A model generated the notes under the pieces. The model saw nothing but the letters and a program-made list of their open reading frames with translations. It did not search any database and was not told the DNA's origin. A DNA stretch of 64,000 nucleotides from a virus. How positions within the stretch are numbered: the stretch's first letter is position 1; each line of letters opens with the position of its first letter. The DNA lies in the IMG/VR virus record IMGVR_UViG_3300009135_000001, positions 11,255 through 75,254 of that record; one strand, given 5' to 3'. Shown here one piece after another: positions 28,975 to 38,870 of the stretch. Position numbers and translations under genes: made by a program.

Positions 28975-30186
28975 TTAAGCGTCCGATATTTCTAGGAACA
29001 CTGATTCGCCGAATTCAGGCTCGGCCGATTCCCTGCACGTCCGAATCCAAAGAGTCGGGTAGTCAGGTTCTGGAAAGTCTGTGTTTGCATATCCGTCCGT
29101 CAGGTATACAAGACATTCCGGTGGTGTTGTCATATTTTCTTGAACCCAATTAAAGACTGGTTCGAAGTCCGTTCCACCGTGACCGCGACATTTGAGCTGT
29201 AGTGGTAGGTCTGACGGCTCATATTCATCGGTCCGGTGGACGCGGGTGTTGCACATTAACACGGTCATTTTGCTTGGCGGGCAATCTTCCAAAATTGCAT
29301 TGATTTCGCCCTGAAACTGCTTGATTTCTTCGTTCGAAACACTGCACGAATCGTCTATTGCGATGACCACCTCGCCCATGGCTTCTGACCATGCGGAGGG
29401 GAGATACAAGCCCTGACTGATATAGCGTCTGTTGCCTTTTGCCCATGTGTAATCCGATTTGTCTGATTGAGTTAAGAAGCGGCGTAGGATCTCTTTCCAT
29501 TCGATCTTTGGAGCGAGGATATCCTGCATAAGTTCTTCTATTCCACCTGGGAGGTTCCCTTGCATTTTGGCAGCTTTCGCGGCTTGTGCAGTTGAGATTT
29601 TCCAGTCGTCGTCAAGTTCCTTATCTGACTGTGGAGTTGTCTTTCCCTGGCCGTTTGATGGATCGTCTTTACCAGATCCTCCAGTTGGAGCGTCGTTAAT
29701 TCCGGAAAAATTCGGTGGGCCTTCTCCATCGCCGTCTTTATCGTCATCTTCGTCCTCCAGTTTGTTATAGACTACTTCTGCTGTCATGCCTTTGTATTGC
29801 ATGTCACAGGGAGATTCCGGTGGAAGCTCTAAGTCTTTGCACTCACTTAGGATGATGTTGACTACGTGATCGCAGGCTCTGTCCCATTTCTTGATTTCGC
29901 GCTCCCCACGACGTATGGGGTGACCAAGTGCGCAGTGCATCACGTTTTGTGCGATGCCTCCGACGAGTTGGAGTTCATTCAATTCATGGATGTTCTCAGG
30001 GTTGAAGAATAGGTTGACGCCGTCGACATGCATGTACTTGATTTGGTTAGTCGCGACGTAGTTGAGTTTCAAGGCTAACGACCCAAAGAATGGATGGTCA
30101 AGAACCAGGTTGGCTTTTGCTTTACGCAGCCCTTCGTGTATCAGCTTTGGGTCGATTGGTGGTTTTTCTTCGGTTTCGCTCATCAT
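28975..30186 (-). CDS. DUF2201-type metallopeptidase-like domain plus VWA domain
   Basis: HPFFGSLAL..DG..FNP; MIDAS DDSCS, GGTDF and LTDG intact; HExxH site reads QNVMH. Confidence 0.85.
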   Translation of the reverse strand: MMSETEEKPPIDPKLIHEGLRKAKANLVLDHPFFGSLALKLNYVATNQIKYMHVDGVNLFFNPENIHELNELQLVGGIAQNVMHCALGHPIRRGEREIKKWDRACDHVVNIILSECKDLELPPESPCDMQYKGMTAEVVYNKLEDEDDDKDGDGEGPPNFSGINDAPTGGSGKDDPSNGQGKTTPQSDKELDDDWKISTAQAAKAAKMQGNLPGGIEELMQDILAPKIEWKEILRRFLTQSDKSDYTWAKGNRRYISQGLYLPSAWSEAMGEVVIAIDDSCSVSNEEIKQFQGEINAILEDCPPSKMTVLMCNTRVHRTDEYEPSDLPLQLKCRGHGGTDFEPVFNWVQENMTTPPECLVYLTDGYANTDFPEPDYPTLWIRTCRESAEPEFGESVFLEISDA

Positions 30187-30889
30187 ATTTCTCCAGTATT
30201 GCGATTTTGTTAGCCCCTACCCTACGTAGGACCTTGTCGATAATTTTCTTTGGTTGGAAGTCACTGTCTCCGGTTCTACCATACCAGGAACCTTGTCCGA
30301 ATAGGTGGGTCATGTCACAGACGTGCATCAGTGCCGTTAAGTTTTTCTTGATATCCTTCCCATCAAGTAGGTTCATCAAGATGTCGAGCTCGGTACCGGC
30401 GTGGCGCAGACTGTATCGGTTTTCACGATCGAACCTGAATGCTTCTTTGCCGAGTAATCGGAGCTGGGGTTGGACTTTCTTTCGAATACGGCGCGTGAGT
30501 TTGTGGAGTTCTTTGGTCTTCTCCTTGATGTTAGCGCCGCTGATGATGTCGCCTGTTACTTCCCAGGTACCGTCTTTGTTGAATGTGAATGCGGAGTTTT
30601 TACCTAGGTAGTCGAGGCCGTTGAAAGTGAATACGCGGGGTTTTGATTTTTTGATTACGAAGTCGGGTGGTGTAATTAAATTGATAAGGTCTACAACCCC
30701 ACCGCTGAGACTTTCAGGGCTTAGCTTTAAGTCCCAAGATTCGTTATCGTAGGAAATGACCTCAGCGCCATAATAGAGATTCATTTTGATTTGGCCTTGT
30801 GGGGCCTTGTGGTCATCTCGAAAACTGATCATTCTGTGATCATGTCGTTGGTTAGACAGTAATATCTGTTTTAGGGTATCGTGGTTCAT
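30122..30889 (-). CDS. Hypothetical protein
   Basis: 255-aa ORF in the early operon. Confidence 0.7.
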   Translation of the reverse strand: MNHDTLKQILLSNQRHDHRMISFRDDHKAPQGQIKMNLYYGAEVISYDNESWDLKLSPESLSGGVVDLINLITPPDFVIKKSKPRVFTFNGLDYLGKNSAFTFNKDGTWEVTGDIISGANIKEKTKELHKLTRRIRKKVQPQLRLLGKEAFRFDRENRYSLRHAGTELDILMNLLDGKDIKKNLTALMHVCDMTHLFGQGSWYGRTGDSDFQPKKIIDKVLRRVGANKIAILEKYDERNRRKTTNRPKADTRRAA

Positions 30890-31545
30890 GCAAGGTACTC
30901 CTTAACGGTTGAAAATTCGCTCAGCCTTTGCATAATGATTTTAGGCGCGAGCGGGTCAGTGGTGAGTTTGAGGACTTTGGCAATGGGAAAATACGATTTA
31001 AATCGGTGAACTTCAACCTGGTTCTCGTCGTAAATGACAAAATAGTCACCCCGAGGTGGCGGGTATAAAAATAGCGAGAAAAACCGTCCACCTTTAATTC
31101 TTCCTTTTGCTAGTTCTGCTGTGATGTTGATGCTCATATTTTTTCCTCAATGATCTCATTGAAATTTTTGTTCCTGGTTTTGGCATCCAGTCCTGATGTG
31201 GAACTGATGCGTGTACTTTTAGCCAGCCTGGCTGATCGTAGAAGCACCACACATCCATGGTTTGCCTGATAGCATAGGCGCATTCATAAAGACGCGCTTT
31301 AACTATCGCTTCCTGTATCGACTTGGGCCCCATATCTCTTCCTCAGGTTTTTTAATTCACGTACGTCGTTGTCAATTTTGTGGTTTCTGTGAGGTGAGAC
31401 CCACAGCTTCATTCCAGGCCTTGCGTACGCTGCTAGGAGGTTGTTGTCGTCGAGGAGATACATGCCTTTGTCAGAGGTCCAGTATTTAGTGCAACCTAAT
31501 ACCCGAGCTTTGGCCAGGATGACTTTCATCTCCTCTTCGGTGAAT

Positions 31546-32391
31546 CTACTCATGCGGCAGCTGGCGGATGATCGCATCGGTTTTAGCGAGCGCCAATCGA
31601 CAAGCTGTTCCGTTTTCCTTTACGGCTGCTGTATCTATGTTGAATAGTTGCCCTTTGATTTGTTGGGCGATTGCCATGAGTTTCACGTCGTCGGCGAAGT
31701 TCATTGATTCTATTTGATCAACCACTGTGACGAGGTTGTCGTGAACTGTCGAACGGAAGACGCGACTTCCTGGATTTGATAGTGTCTGATGAAGCGAGTC
31801 GAGGCAGGCAGATGTGCGATTCCATAGGTCACGGGTTGCGTGTGTAGTGGCGAGTTGAAGCCGCCCTTCAAGGTCAGATTGTAACTCGGATAGTTGCTGT
31901 TGGGGGATGTCGACACGGAAGTCTCCTTGGTCAGGGACAGGGGTTATGCGGTGTTCGAAGCGGAATTTGCCTCGTACTGCGTACTCGGGTGGGAAGTCCG
32001 AAATGTCGAACATGTCGCCTAATCGGTTCCTGGCATATTCAATGTAAGTTGGATATCCAACGATGAAGTTTTCGAGGGCTGTGTCAAAATCTTGACGGAT
32101 CTTGCGCATACGAGCAGTGTATGCCGGGATTTTCTTGATTGGAAGTATTCGCGTTCCAGACGCCTCGTTCCAGTCCAGGGTATTTGCGTAATGATAGTTG
32201 CGGGCTTCATTGACGAGTCGTTGAATGGTTTTGAGGGCATCTTTGTGTAACAGGTGTTTGTTGAATCGACCAGCGTCTTGGGTTGCACCATGACTTTCGT
32301 TGGTTTGACCACTGACTTTCTTGTCGAATTTTTGGAATGCGCACTGTGATATGTTCAGTGACACGAGGACTGTTTTAGTATTGAGGCTCAT
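31546..32391 (-). CDS. DUF3150-like protein accompanying the AAA/VWA pair
   Basis: LVSLNIS..FQKFDKK..NK.LL..HY..TL.W..G.RILP pattern; context. Confidence 0.55.
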   Translation of the reverse strand: MSLNTKTVLVSLNISQCAFQKFDKKVSGQTNESHGATQDAGRFNKHLLHKDALKTIQRLVNEARNYHYANTLDWNEASGTRILPIKKIPAYTARMRKIRQDFDTALENFIVGYPTYIEYARNRLGDMFDISDFPPEYAVRGKFRFEHRITPVPDQGDFRVDIPQQQLSELQSDLEGRLQLATTHATRDLWNRTSACLDSLHQTLSNPGSRVFRSTVHDNLVTVVDQIESMNFADDVKLMAIAQQIKGQLFNIDTAAVKENGTACRLALAKTDAIIRQLPHE

Positions 32392-32400
32392 ATTTTTCTC

Positions 32401-33018
32401 CTAGTTGTTAAAGAATTTTGCTCCTAGTAAGCGAGCTTTTGCTATCGCTGTGCTTGTTCCCGGTTTTGTTTCAATCGGGACGATAGGTTCTGGATTCTTT
32501 CTGCGTTCTGCTGATGCTTTCCGTAAGGCTTTTTCGTGGGCTAAGGCATCTATTACTTGTTGTTGGTTGCCTATGTGCGGGTGGTCCCTGATTAATTCTT
32601 GAAGCGAAGTGTAGTGTCGGTATAGTCTGCGGAGTGAGTGATCGCATTCTTGTTTTAAAGCTCTTACTTCAACGTCATGCCGTACGAAATTTGAGTTCTT
32701 GGAGGCTCTGAGCTCCATCTGACAATCGTCGCCTTCGATTGTGAGGTGTTGTGATATTGTGATTTTCCCGCGTTTCATGTGTGCTATAGGACGTGGTAGT
32801 TTTATTTCTTCGTCGTTAAGGTGGCTGTAGATTTCGTTTACTTGATCAAGTGAATCCTTTTTATGGGCTGGGGTTGAAACGTATGGGTTGGAGTTGACGA
32901 TTGCGTGGTAAATTTCGTCGGCTGTTGGGTGTTTTGGTTTTGCAGTTGTTGGGTTCCAGGTATGGCTTGCTACCTCTTCGTTAATGATTCGATGGCGTAG
33001 TTGGTCACTTAGTTTCAT
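32401..33018 (-). CDS. Nmad5-like hypothetical protein
   Basis: N-terminus MKLSDQLRHRII resembles Nmad5-type proteins; weak call. Confidence 0.4.
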   Translation of the reverse strand: MKLSDQLRHRIINEEVASHTWNPTTAKPKHPTADEIYHAIVNSNPYVSTPAHKKDSLDQVNEIYSHLNDEEIKLPRPIAHMKRGKITISQHLTIEGDDCQMELRASKNSNFVRHDVEVRALKQECDHSLRRLYRHYTSLQELIRDHPHIGNQQQVIDALAHEKALRKASAERRKNPEPIVPIETKPGTSTAIAKARLLGAKFFNN

Positions 33019-33499
33019 TGGGTATAAACCTCTTGATTTCTGGTAAGCGCTGCAAAGCTTTTTCTACGGTTGTTTCCCTTAGCGCTATTTCTGCACCCCT
33101 TAGGAGAGCATTAGCGGCTTCATCCATTTCGTCTCTCCGTTTGAAATAGTTGTAGATTGCTTCGGGCACGTCGTCGGGACTGGTTTCGATGGTTAAGTAA
33201 TAAGAATTTTGGTCGTCGCTTATTCGGAGAACTCCGTACGCTTCGTTCGGCAATTCTAACCTGAATGATCCTACGTTTGTTATCCGTACGTTAGCGTGGC
33301 TCCACGAACATTCATAGAAAAACTTGTGAATGGATGGGTCCATTTTGAGATGGTCGGCGAGATGTAAGCAAGTCTGCCAATCAGGAACCGAAAGCCGTTC
33401 CTTGGCTTCGTTGAAAAAGTTCCTGATGTTAACGCGAACCGTGCGCCGTATTTTTTCGTTTGTTCTCACAATAGGATGTCCGTGTTGTCGGCGATCCAC
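33005..33499 (-). CDS. Hypothetical protein
   Basis: Operon-coupled ORF. Confidence 0.6.
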   Translation of the reverse strand: MDRRQHGHPIVRTNEKIRRTVRVNIRNFFNEAKERLSVPDWQTCLHLADHLKMDPSIHKFFYECSWSHANVRITNVGSFRLELPNEAYGVLRISDDQNSYYLTIETSPDDVPEAIYNYFKRRDEMDEAANALLRGAEIALRETTVEKALQRLPEIKRFIPNETK

Positions 33500-34455
33500 T
33501 CGGCCATTTCCTTGGTCTCAAGAAGATCTGGTGAACGTTGGATGGTCATCTTGACCGTCGGTACCTGGAATTCATCAGGCATACGGCGCAGATATTCGTT
33601 GACCTTCGGAATGTTCTTGTCGGTCATGTGCTCTGAAAGCATACCTGCGGTAGCGTAAAGTGATGCTGGCTCTGATGGCATTGGAGTGCCTTTCGGGTCT
33701 TTTTCGATAGACTCGATGTCGGGCAGATCACGATAGATACGAATGTATGACATGAATTCGCCTGCTGCTGCCTCACCCACTGTGGCAATTAACATTTCGT
33801 ATTCCAGGTCAGGTGTTGCAGAGTTCAGGATGCGAGATGCATAGGCCCAAGTACGAGGTGTAGCGAACTGACGTGCGTCGGATGCAGCGTGGTCTTCTTC
33901 GTGCAACATTTCAGGACGAAAGCGCATGAAAGAGATAATTTCAGGACGTACGTTGTTGCTGTTCGCCCAGTCAACCCAGTCTTGAAGTTGGGGTTCGAAA
34001 TCGATGTGGATCAGCCTGTTGTTCAGTGCTGATGACATCTTGTTGGCGAGGGCACGATCTTTCGCACGGTTGCCTGCGCAGATGATACGCCATCCTTCGG
34101 GCAGTGTGTAGTCACCCACTTTGCGATCGAGGATCAGTTGGTAGGCAGCTGCTTGTACTGCATGAGAGGCCTGGTTGATTTCATCAAAGAAGATAACACC
34201 TTCAGGCTCAACATCGGGGTTGGGTAAGAAATGCGGGACGTTCCATACTGTGTAGCCATCGACACATGACGGGATGCCACGGATGTCAACGGGGTCCATT
34301 TGAGACAGACGTACGTCTCGGACAGGGAAGGATTTGCCAGCGGCGACTTGGAAAACGACTTCGGATTTACCGACGCCTGGGGCTCCCCATATCATTACGG
34401 GGATATCGGCATCAATACCGATGTTGATAGCTGCTTCAGCTTTTGACGGATTCAT
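33466..34455 (-). CDS. MoxR-like AAA+ ATPase
   Basis: GAPGVGKS Walker A, FFDEIN Walker B, AGNR, ALNNRL, TPRTW. Confidence 0.9.
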   Translation of the reverse strand: MNPSKAEAAINIGIDADIPVMIWGAPGVGKSEVVFQVAAGKSFPVRDVRLSQMDPVDIRGIPSCVDGYTVWNVPHFLPNPDVEPEGVIFFDEINQASHAVQAAAYQLILDRKVGDYTLPEGWRIICAGNRAKDRALANKMSSALNNRLIHIDFEPQLQDWVDWANSNNVRPEIISFMRFRPEMLHEEDHAASDARQFATPRTWAYASRILNSATPDLEYEMLIATVGEAAAGEFMSYIRIYRDLPDIESIEKDPKGTPMPSEPASLYATAGMLSEHMTDKNIPKVNEYLRRMPDEFQVPTVKMTIQRSPDLLETKEMAEWIADNTDILL

Positions 34456-34464
34456 ATTTTGCTC

Positions 34465-34812
34465 CTAGTGGATGGTTGTGTCAGGTGGTGTTTTCTTGAG
34501 TTCTCCGGAATCACCGTCGACTTCATGTACACCTTCTGGTTCGTCGCCTTTGTGAACTTTTTCAAGTATTTCAGGCAACTGCTCCAGAGTTTTCTCAATG
34601 ATGTGAGGTATTTGGTCGGTTGCGTTCAAGGAGGTGGTTATAACGATAACGCCTTCGCCTGGTTGAGTCAGGATCATTGCGTTGGATTGATCAGTCTCAG
34701 CGTAAAGCTGGCATATGACTGAGGAAAGGATTGCGATACCTTTTTCTGGTCCCATGGATTCCATGATAGACGCAGTAAGTGCATCGATGGTTTCTACATC
34801 TTGCTTACTCAT
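34465..34812 (-). CDS. Hypothetical protein
   Basis: Start MSKQDV after GGAG SD. Confidence 0.65.
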   Translation of the reverse strand: MSKQDVETIDALTASIMESMGPEKGIAILSSVICQLYAETDQSNAMILTQPGEGVIVITTSLNATDQIPHIIEKTLEQLPEILEKVHKGDEPEGVHEVDGDSGELKKTPPDTTIH

Positions 34813-34830
34813 AATTTTCTCCGGTTGAAT

Positions 34831-34865
34831 AAAAAACGCCCACGACAAGGTTCTGCGTGGGCGAA
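34831..34865 (-). terminator. Rho-independent terminator
   Basis: CGCCCACG/CGTGGGCG stem followed by a T6 run on the minus strand. Confidence 0.7.
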
Positions 34866-34896
34866 AGAAAGCCAGGAAAGAGGAGGGAGGAGTTTC

Positions 34897-35250
34897 CTAG
34901 CTTTTATGCTTGTCGATAATTTTTGTCAGGTCTGAAACAGCAGCGCCTAATTCGTCGGCTAGGAGTTCATCAACGACTCCTTTGAAGTTATTAGGTTCGT
35001 ACTTTTTGATCAGCTTTTCGATAATGCTGGTAGCTACTTTTTCTTGTGTTTTCATCAGTTCAAAAGTCATGAAACCTTTTTGAAACCACCTGTAAGCAAC
35101 CCAGACGTGGAAGCTTGCTAGTATTCCCATGAGGCTGAAGGCAACGTCAGCGCGATTGATCGCGTTTAAGTCAATACTTACTGCGTACATGATAGCGATG
35201 GCGGTGACCAGGATCATAGGGCCAACAAATAGTTTCAGTGAGGTTTTCAT
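34897..35250 (-). CDS. Two-TM membrane protein
   Basis: Two hydrophobic N-terminal helices. Confidence 0.65.
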   Translation of the reverse strand: MKTSLKLFVGPMILVTAIAIMYAVSIDLNAINRADVAFSLMGILASFHVWVAYRWFQKGFMTFELMKTQEKVATSIIEKLIKKYEPNNFKGVVDELLADELGAAVSDLTKIIDKHKS

Positions 35251-35254
35251 AATT

Positions 35255-35812
35255 TTATCCGTGTAGTTGATGATAGCAGTGCTGCACCATTATAGCTTGT
35301 TTAATAGCATCATCTCTTGCATCGTGCGCTGTACCGGCCTCGACATTGGGCATGGGGTCGTCGGGGTAGGCAAGCTCGATAGTTGTTCTGAGAGACCGGT
35401 GCTGATGGTAAGCAAAAGGCGAACCATCACTAATTGACTTAAGAGCATCATTGAGAATGACAATATCAAAATCAGGGTCGTTTGCATAATATCTATCCGC
35501 AGTTTTGCTTTCAAGCCACATTCTATATTTCAGAAGGGCGGTGTTTAAAGGCATCAGTGGATCGCGGAAGAGCGATTTCTGGGCGTCTTTTGATTGTTTC
35601 AGCCACCACGCGATGGTACTGGCGGACATCGTTCTGCCAAACTTTTCGTTTGACTCTAGTGATATATTTACGTTGAATGAATTCGAATCGTCAAAGTCCG
35701 TGTGTTCGTTTTTACCTGCTACGTCGAAATGTACTGCGCCGATCGATACGATGGCTGCGGTTGGTACTATGTCCATCGTCTCGATGTCCACCATTATTGC
35801 TGGTCGTTTCAT
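35255..35812 (-). CDS. DEDD 3'-5' exonuclease (DUF5051/Rv2179c-like)
   Basis: VDIETM, FD..IL and HDARDDA motifs. Confidence 0.85.
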   Translation of the reverse strand: MKRPAIMVDIETMDIVPTAAIVSIGAVHFDVAGKNEHTDFDDSNSFNVNISLESNEKFGRTMSASTIAWWLKQSKDAQKSLFRDPLMPLNTALLKYRMWLESKTADRYYANDPDFDIVILNDALKSISDGSPFAYHQHRSLRTTIELAYPDDPMPNVEAGTAHDARDDAIKQAIMVQHCYHQLHG

Positions 35813-36048
35813 GCGTTGTTGGATTCCAATATGCGGCGTTTACCTAGGAGCTCGTCGGCTTGTTTCTTGAAGAAGTCCCAGTCTTTAGCCAGAATTAATA
35901 CTTTAGCACTTCCTTGGCCTATAGCCAAGCGTAGTTGGCCATGTACCATGCTTGCTGCAATAGCTGTGTGCTTTATTTCATCGGTGCCGACACTGTGTTC
36001 AACTGAGTGACCCACTACCCGAGGAGCGATTATTGCTTTACTTTTCAC
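35809..36048 (-). CDS. Small protein; C-terminal motif shared with 36388-36654
   Basis: DWDFFKKQADELLGKRRIL. Confidence 0.6.
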   Translation of the reverse strand: MKSKAIIAPRVVGHSVEHSVGTDEIKHTAIAASMVHGQLRLAIGQGSAKVLILAKDWDFFKKQADELLGKRRILESNNA

Positions 36049-36266
36049 GGGGTGGTTCGTGCTGGATGTTGTGCGCCTTCGAAGTCGATGTGAACGAGGT
36101 TACAGTCGTGACGACGGCACCAAATCTGTAGGCCTTTCTCACTGAATCCGAACTCCAGGTCAGCCCATTCCGCTGGAGAAACTCCGTCAGGGAGTTCTTT
36201 GAGGCACATCCCGCAGTGCATGTAGGATACGATTTCATTGGGTTCTTTTTCTGCTGGTTCGCTCAT
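36045..36266 (-). CDS. Small Cys/His-rich protein
   Basis: HCGMC and WCRRHD motifs. Confidence 0.6.
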   Translation of the reverse strand: MSEPAEKEPNEIVSYMHCGMCLKELPDGVSPAEWADLEFGFSEKGLQIWCRRHDCNLVHIDFEGAQHPARTTP

Positions 36267-36387
36267 GAGAATAGTCCTGTTATGTGTTTGGCGATCAGTT
36301 TGATTCCTTCACGCATTTGAATGTAGTTGACGAGGAAGTACCAGACCATTAGACCGTATACGAGCCAAGTGGGAATTGTGATTGTGA

Positions 36388-36654
36388 TCATTTGAGCAGT
36401 CTCTTTTTGCCGATTAGTTCGTCGATTTGTTTCTTGATGAAGTCCCAGTCATCGGTGAAAAACGTAAGCTGGTTTTTTGCGTCCTTGTTTTGCGCAAGGG
36501 ATACATACTGTCGGCCCTCTTGGTTATCAGAGACGTGAATAAGTGTCCGCGACTGTGTCGGATTAGGCGTGTCCCTGTGCTGGATACTAACGCCGGTGAT
36601 GTGCGTCGGAGTTTCATTTGGCGCTTTTTCGGCCATTTTTTGTGCTGTGTTCAT
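36388..36654 (-). CDS. Small protein; C-terminal motif shared with 35809-36048
   Basis: DWDFIKKQIDELIGKKRLL; start MNTAQ at 36654. Confidence 0.6.
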   Translation of the reverse strand: MNTAQKMAEKAPNETPTHITGVSIQHRDTPNPTQSRTLIHVSDNQEGRQYVSLAQNKDAKNQLTFFTDDWDFIKKQIDELIGKKRLLK

Positions 36655-37018
36655 GATTTTTTCCTGTGTGGTAATCGTTGATACCGTAGAGTTCCCATTC
36701 AAAATGGATTTCACGGTGACAGTTGGCGCAGAGAAGATCGCATTTGTCCAACTCCGCTTGAAGTGAGGTATATGATTTTCCAAGCGACGTTCCAATGCTG
36801 AAGCTTTTCTCCGAGGGCACGCGATGATGAAACTCCAGTGATGTTATGCATTTCTTGTATGCACATATCGCGCATTTCCCACCCAGGTATTCCACGGCCC
36901 ATATCTTTTTCTTTTTCCGATGTCTGGTTACCGCTTCTTGATTGCATTTTCTGCATCTCCAACGATTGTCATTGAACATATGGTCGGTGAAACCGTGTGT
37001 CGTGCACTTTTCTTTCAT
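36614..37018 (-). CDS. HNH endonuclease with N-terminal zinc finger
   Basis: CTTHG..CRKC; CAIC..LEFHH..CDLLCANCHREIH. Confidence 0.85.
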   Translation of the reverse strand: MKEKCTTHGFTDHMFNDNRWRCRKCNQEAVTRHRKKKKIWAVEYLGGKCAICAYKKCITSLEFHHRVPSEKSFSIGTSLGKSYTSLQAELDKCDLLCANCHREIHFEWELYGINDYHTGKNHEHSTKNGRKSAK

Positions 37019-37283
37019 AGAGATTTTCTTCCTGCATCCATCGCTGCCAATTTTTGTAATACCAGATGTTGAACATCCAGGCCCCACTTTTCTTTTGCCA
37101 CATGATCGGGTAACTGCGCGTGTCGTGACCTTCCGGTAAGAACCATGTACCGTCCTCTTGGCGGAATCCTGCCAAGCGCAAAGTGCTACGTACTACGTCT
37201 ACGCGGTCGGGTCGCACTCGTGCGTTGTGGCCTCGGTTAAGTAGCGCTTGTTTGACGTATAGCAGGTTATCTTCCATGCTCAT
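36969..37283 (-). CDS. Hypothetical protein
   Basis: ORF in the early operon. Confidence 0.5.
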   Translation of the reverse strand: MSMEDNLLYVKQALLNRGHNARVRPDRVDVVRSTLRLAGFRQEDGTWFLPEGHDTRSYPIMWQKKSGAWMFNIWYYKNWQRWMQEENLYERKVHDTRFHRPYVQ

Positions 37284-37458
37284 TGTGTTGCTTGATATAC
37301 TGCTTCAGCCATGGCAACTGAGATGTTAGGGATGTCGATGTAAGCGACTTCACAGCCCGCATTTTCCAGGTCAGCTTTGTGCTTAAGGGCGTTGACGGCG
37401 GTATTGAAAAATTCAATGGTTTTTTCTTTGCAGTCGATGTCATAGACGATGATAGCCA

Positions 37459-37959
37459 TTAGTTGTCGAACCAGTAGACCATACGAATGTGGTCCATGTT
37501 TTGGGCGTCGATGATGTGGTTCCATTTGAGTTTGCGTTGGATGTGGGCATCAAGTGCGTTGTGCATTTCAGTAAGTGGTGAGTCTGCTCCGCGAAGTACG
37601 CGGTACTGTGCCGCCATGTGGCGAAACTCTGTGGCGGTACACCAGTTGGGTGAGTGTGCGTCGCAATCCCAGCGTTTGAATTCTGCTGTGATTTCAGGGC
37701 AACTGTCTTGTGGAAATCCTTTTTTTACGATGTAGGGGCCAGGTGCTTCGCCGCGTACTCCATCTGATAGAATGGAGAATTTTTCGTACCATCGGTTGTC
37801 GTCGAATTCTACAACTATGAATCGTTCGCCGTCGTATTCTTCGTCGCCGAGTTTGGTGTCGGGAATGAAGTAGTCGTTCTTTTCATAGAAGTCGAATGTT
37901 TCCCAGCGTTGTTTGTTCTCGTTGTATTTTTCGAGAAAGATGTGTATATCGCATCCCAT
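37459..37959 (-). CDS. Conserved phage hypothetical protein
   Basis: MGCDIH start and RMVYWFDN end are typical of a widespread phage family. Confidence 0.75.
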   Translation of the reverse strand: MGCDIHIFLEKYNENKQRWETFDFYEKNDYFIPDTKLGDEEYDGERFIVVEFDDNRWYEKFSILSDGVRGEAPGPYIVKKGFPQDSCPEITAEFKRWDCDAHSPNWCTATEFRHMAAQYRVLRGADSPLTEMHNALDAHIQRKLKWNHIIDAQNMDHIRMVYWFDN

Positions 37960-37983
37960 AATATTTTCTCCTCAGAATAAAAA

Positions 37984-38077
37984 TTGAACGGCCTGGACTC
38001 GAACCAGGGTCTTCTCACTCCAGGCACTTTATTACCCTTCACTGCGCAGACGTGTTTCCCGCTTACACCACCGCTAT
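37984..38077 (-). ncRNA. tRNA-like RNA with expanded anticodon arm and no encoded CCA
   Basis: D-stem GTGT/ACAC; T-arm CCTGG-TTCGAGT-CCAGG; 5-bp acceptor AGCGG/CCGTT; about 27 nt in place of the anticodon loop. Confidence 0.55.
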
Positions 38078-38128
38078 TTGGGCTACGGGCCCGTACGAGC
38101 TAACGCCCATTATGGCGCGCCCGCACTT

Positions 38129-38353
38129 TCATTTGGTGGGGTGTCTGCTCAAGCTGTCTTTCAGGTAAGTGACTTGGCGGGCACGCTTTGCTAACGCTTT
38201 GTTAGCGCGTTGGACTTCACCCAGGTATATGAGTGACTGAAGGCGATAACGATCGGCGAGAACAGCATTTTGAGTTGCCAGGTTCTTGTAATAGCCGAGT
38301 TGGCCTTCGTAATTGGGTGTTTCAGGTTTTTCAGTGAGTTCAAGGTGTTTCAT
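38129..38353 (-). CDS. Hypothetical coiled-coil protein
   Basis: ORF in the early operon. Confidence 0.55.
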   Translation of the reverse strand: MKHLELTEKPETPNYEGQLGYYKNLATQNAVLADRYRLQSLIYLGEVQRANKALAKRARQVTYLKDSLSRHPTK

Positions 38354-38537
38354 GATTATTCCTGTAGGTTGTACTTGTTGTAGAGATCAGCTATTTGCTG
38401 ACGGTGTTGAGATGTGAGAGGTTGGTCAACTTCGATGGAACGAAGGTAGTCGAGAAGATCTTTGTCAGGATCTGTGATGAATGGTGAGTTGTTGAGAGAG
38501 TGGTATATGTGGTTGATTTTGTCGATTTCTTCGATGT

Positions 38538-38866
38538 TCATTTTTTGAGACCTCTAAGATATTCTTCAAGTCGCCGTTGTTTAAACACCCATATGTATTC
38601 TACGTCGATGGGTGCGGCGGGGTTTTTAACAGCTGATTGTGGATAGTGCCGCATGCCGTCTTGCCATAGAATTCGTTCGTATGGGTCAGGTTTGTTGGCC
38701 CAAAAGACTGTTTCTACTTCTTTGGCGGGTATTTCGAGTGCGTTTTTACCGTGCTTGCGAACTCCAGGTACTAGCCGGAGTGAGGCGCGTAAGGCTTCCA
38801 CATGTTTGGGTTTGACGATAGCTAGATGATCGTCTGTTTCTTGGTGTTTTAGGTATTTCTCAAACA
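38538..38866 (-). CDS. Hypothetical protein
   Basis: ATG just after the tRNA-Asn 3' end (MFEKYLKH). Confidence 0.55.
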
Positions 38867-38870
38867 TGGT

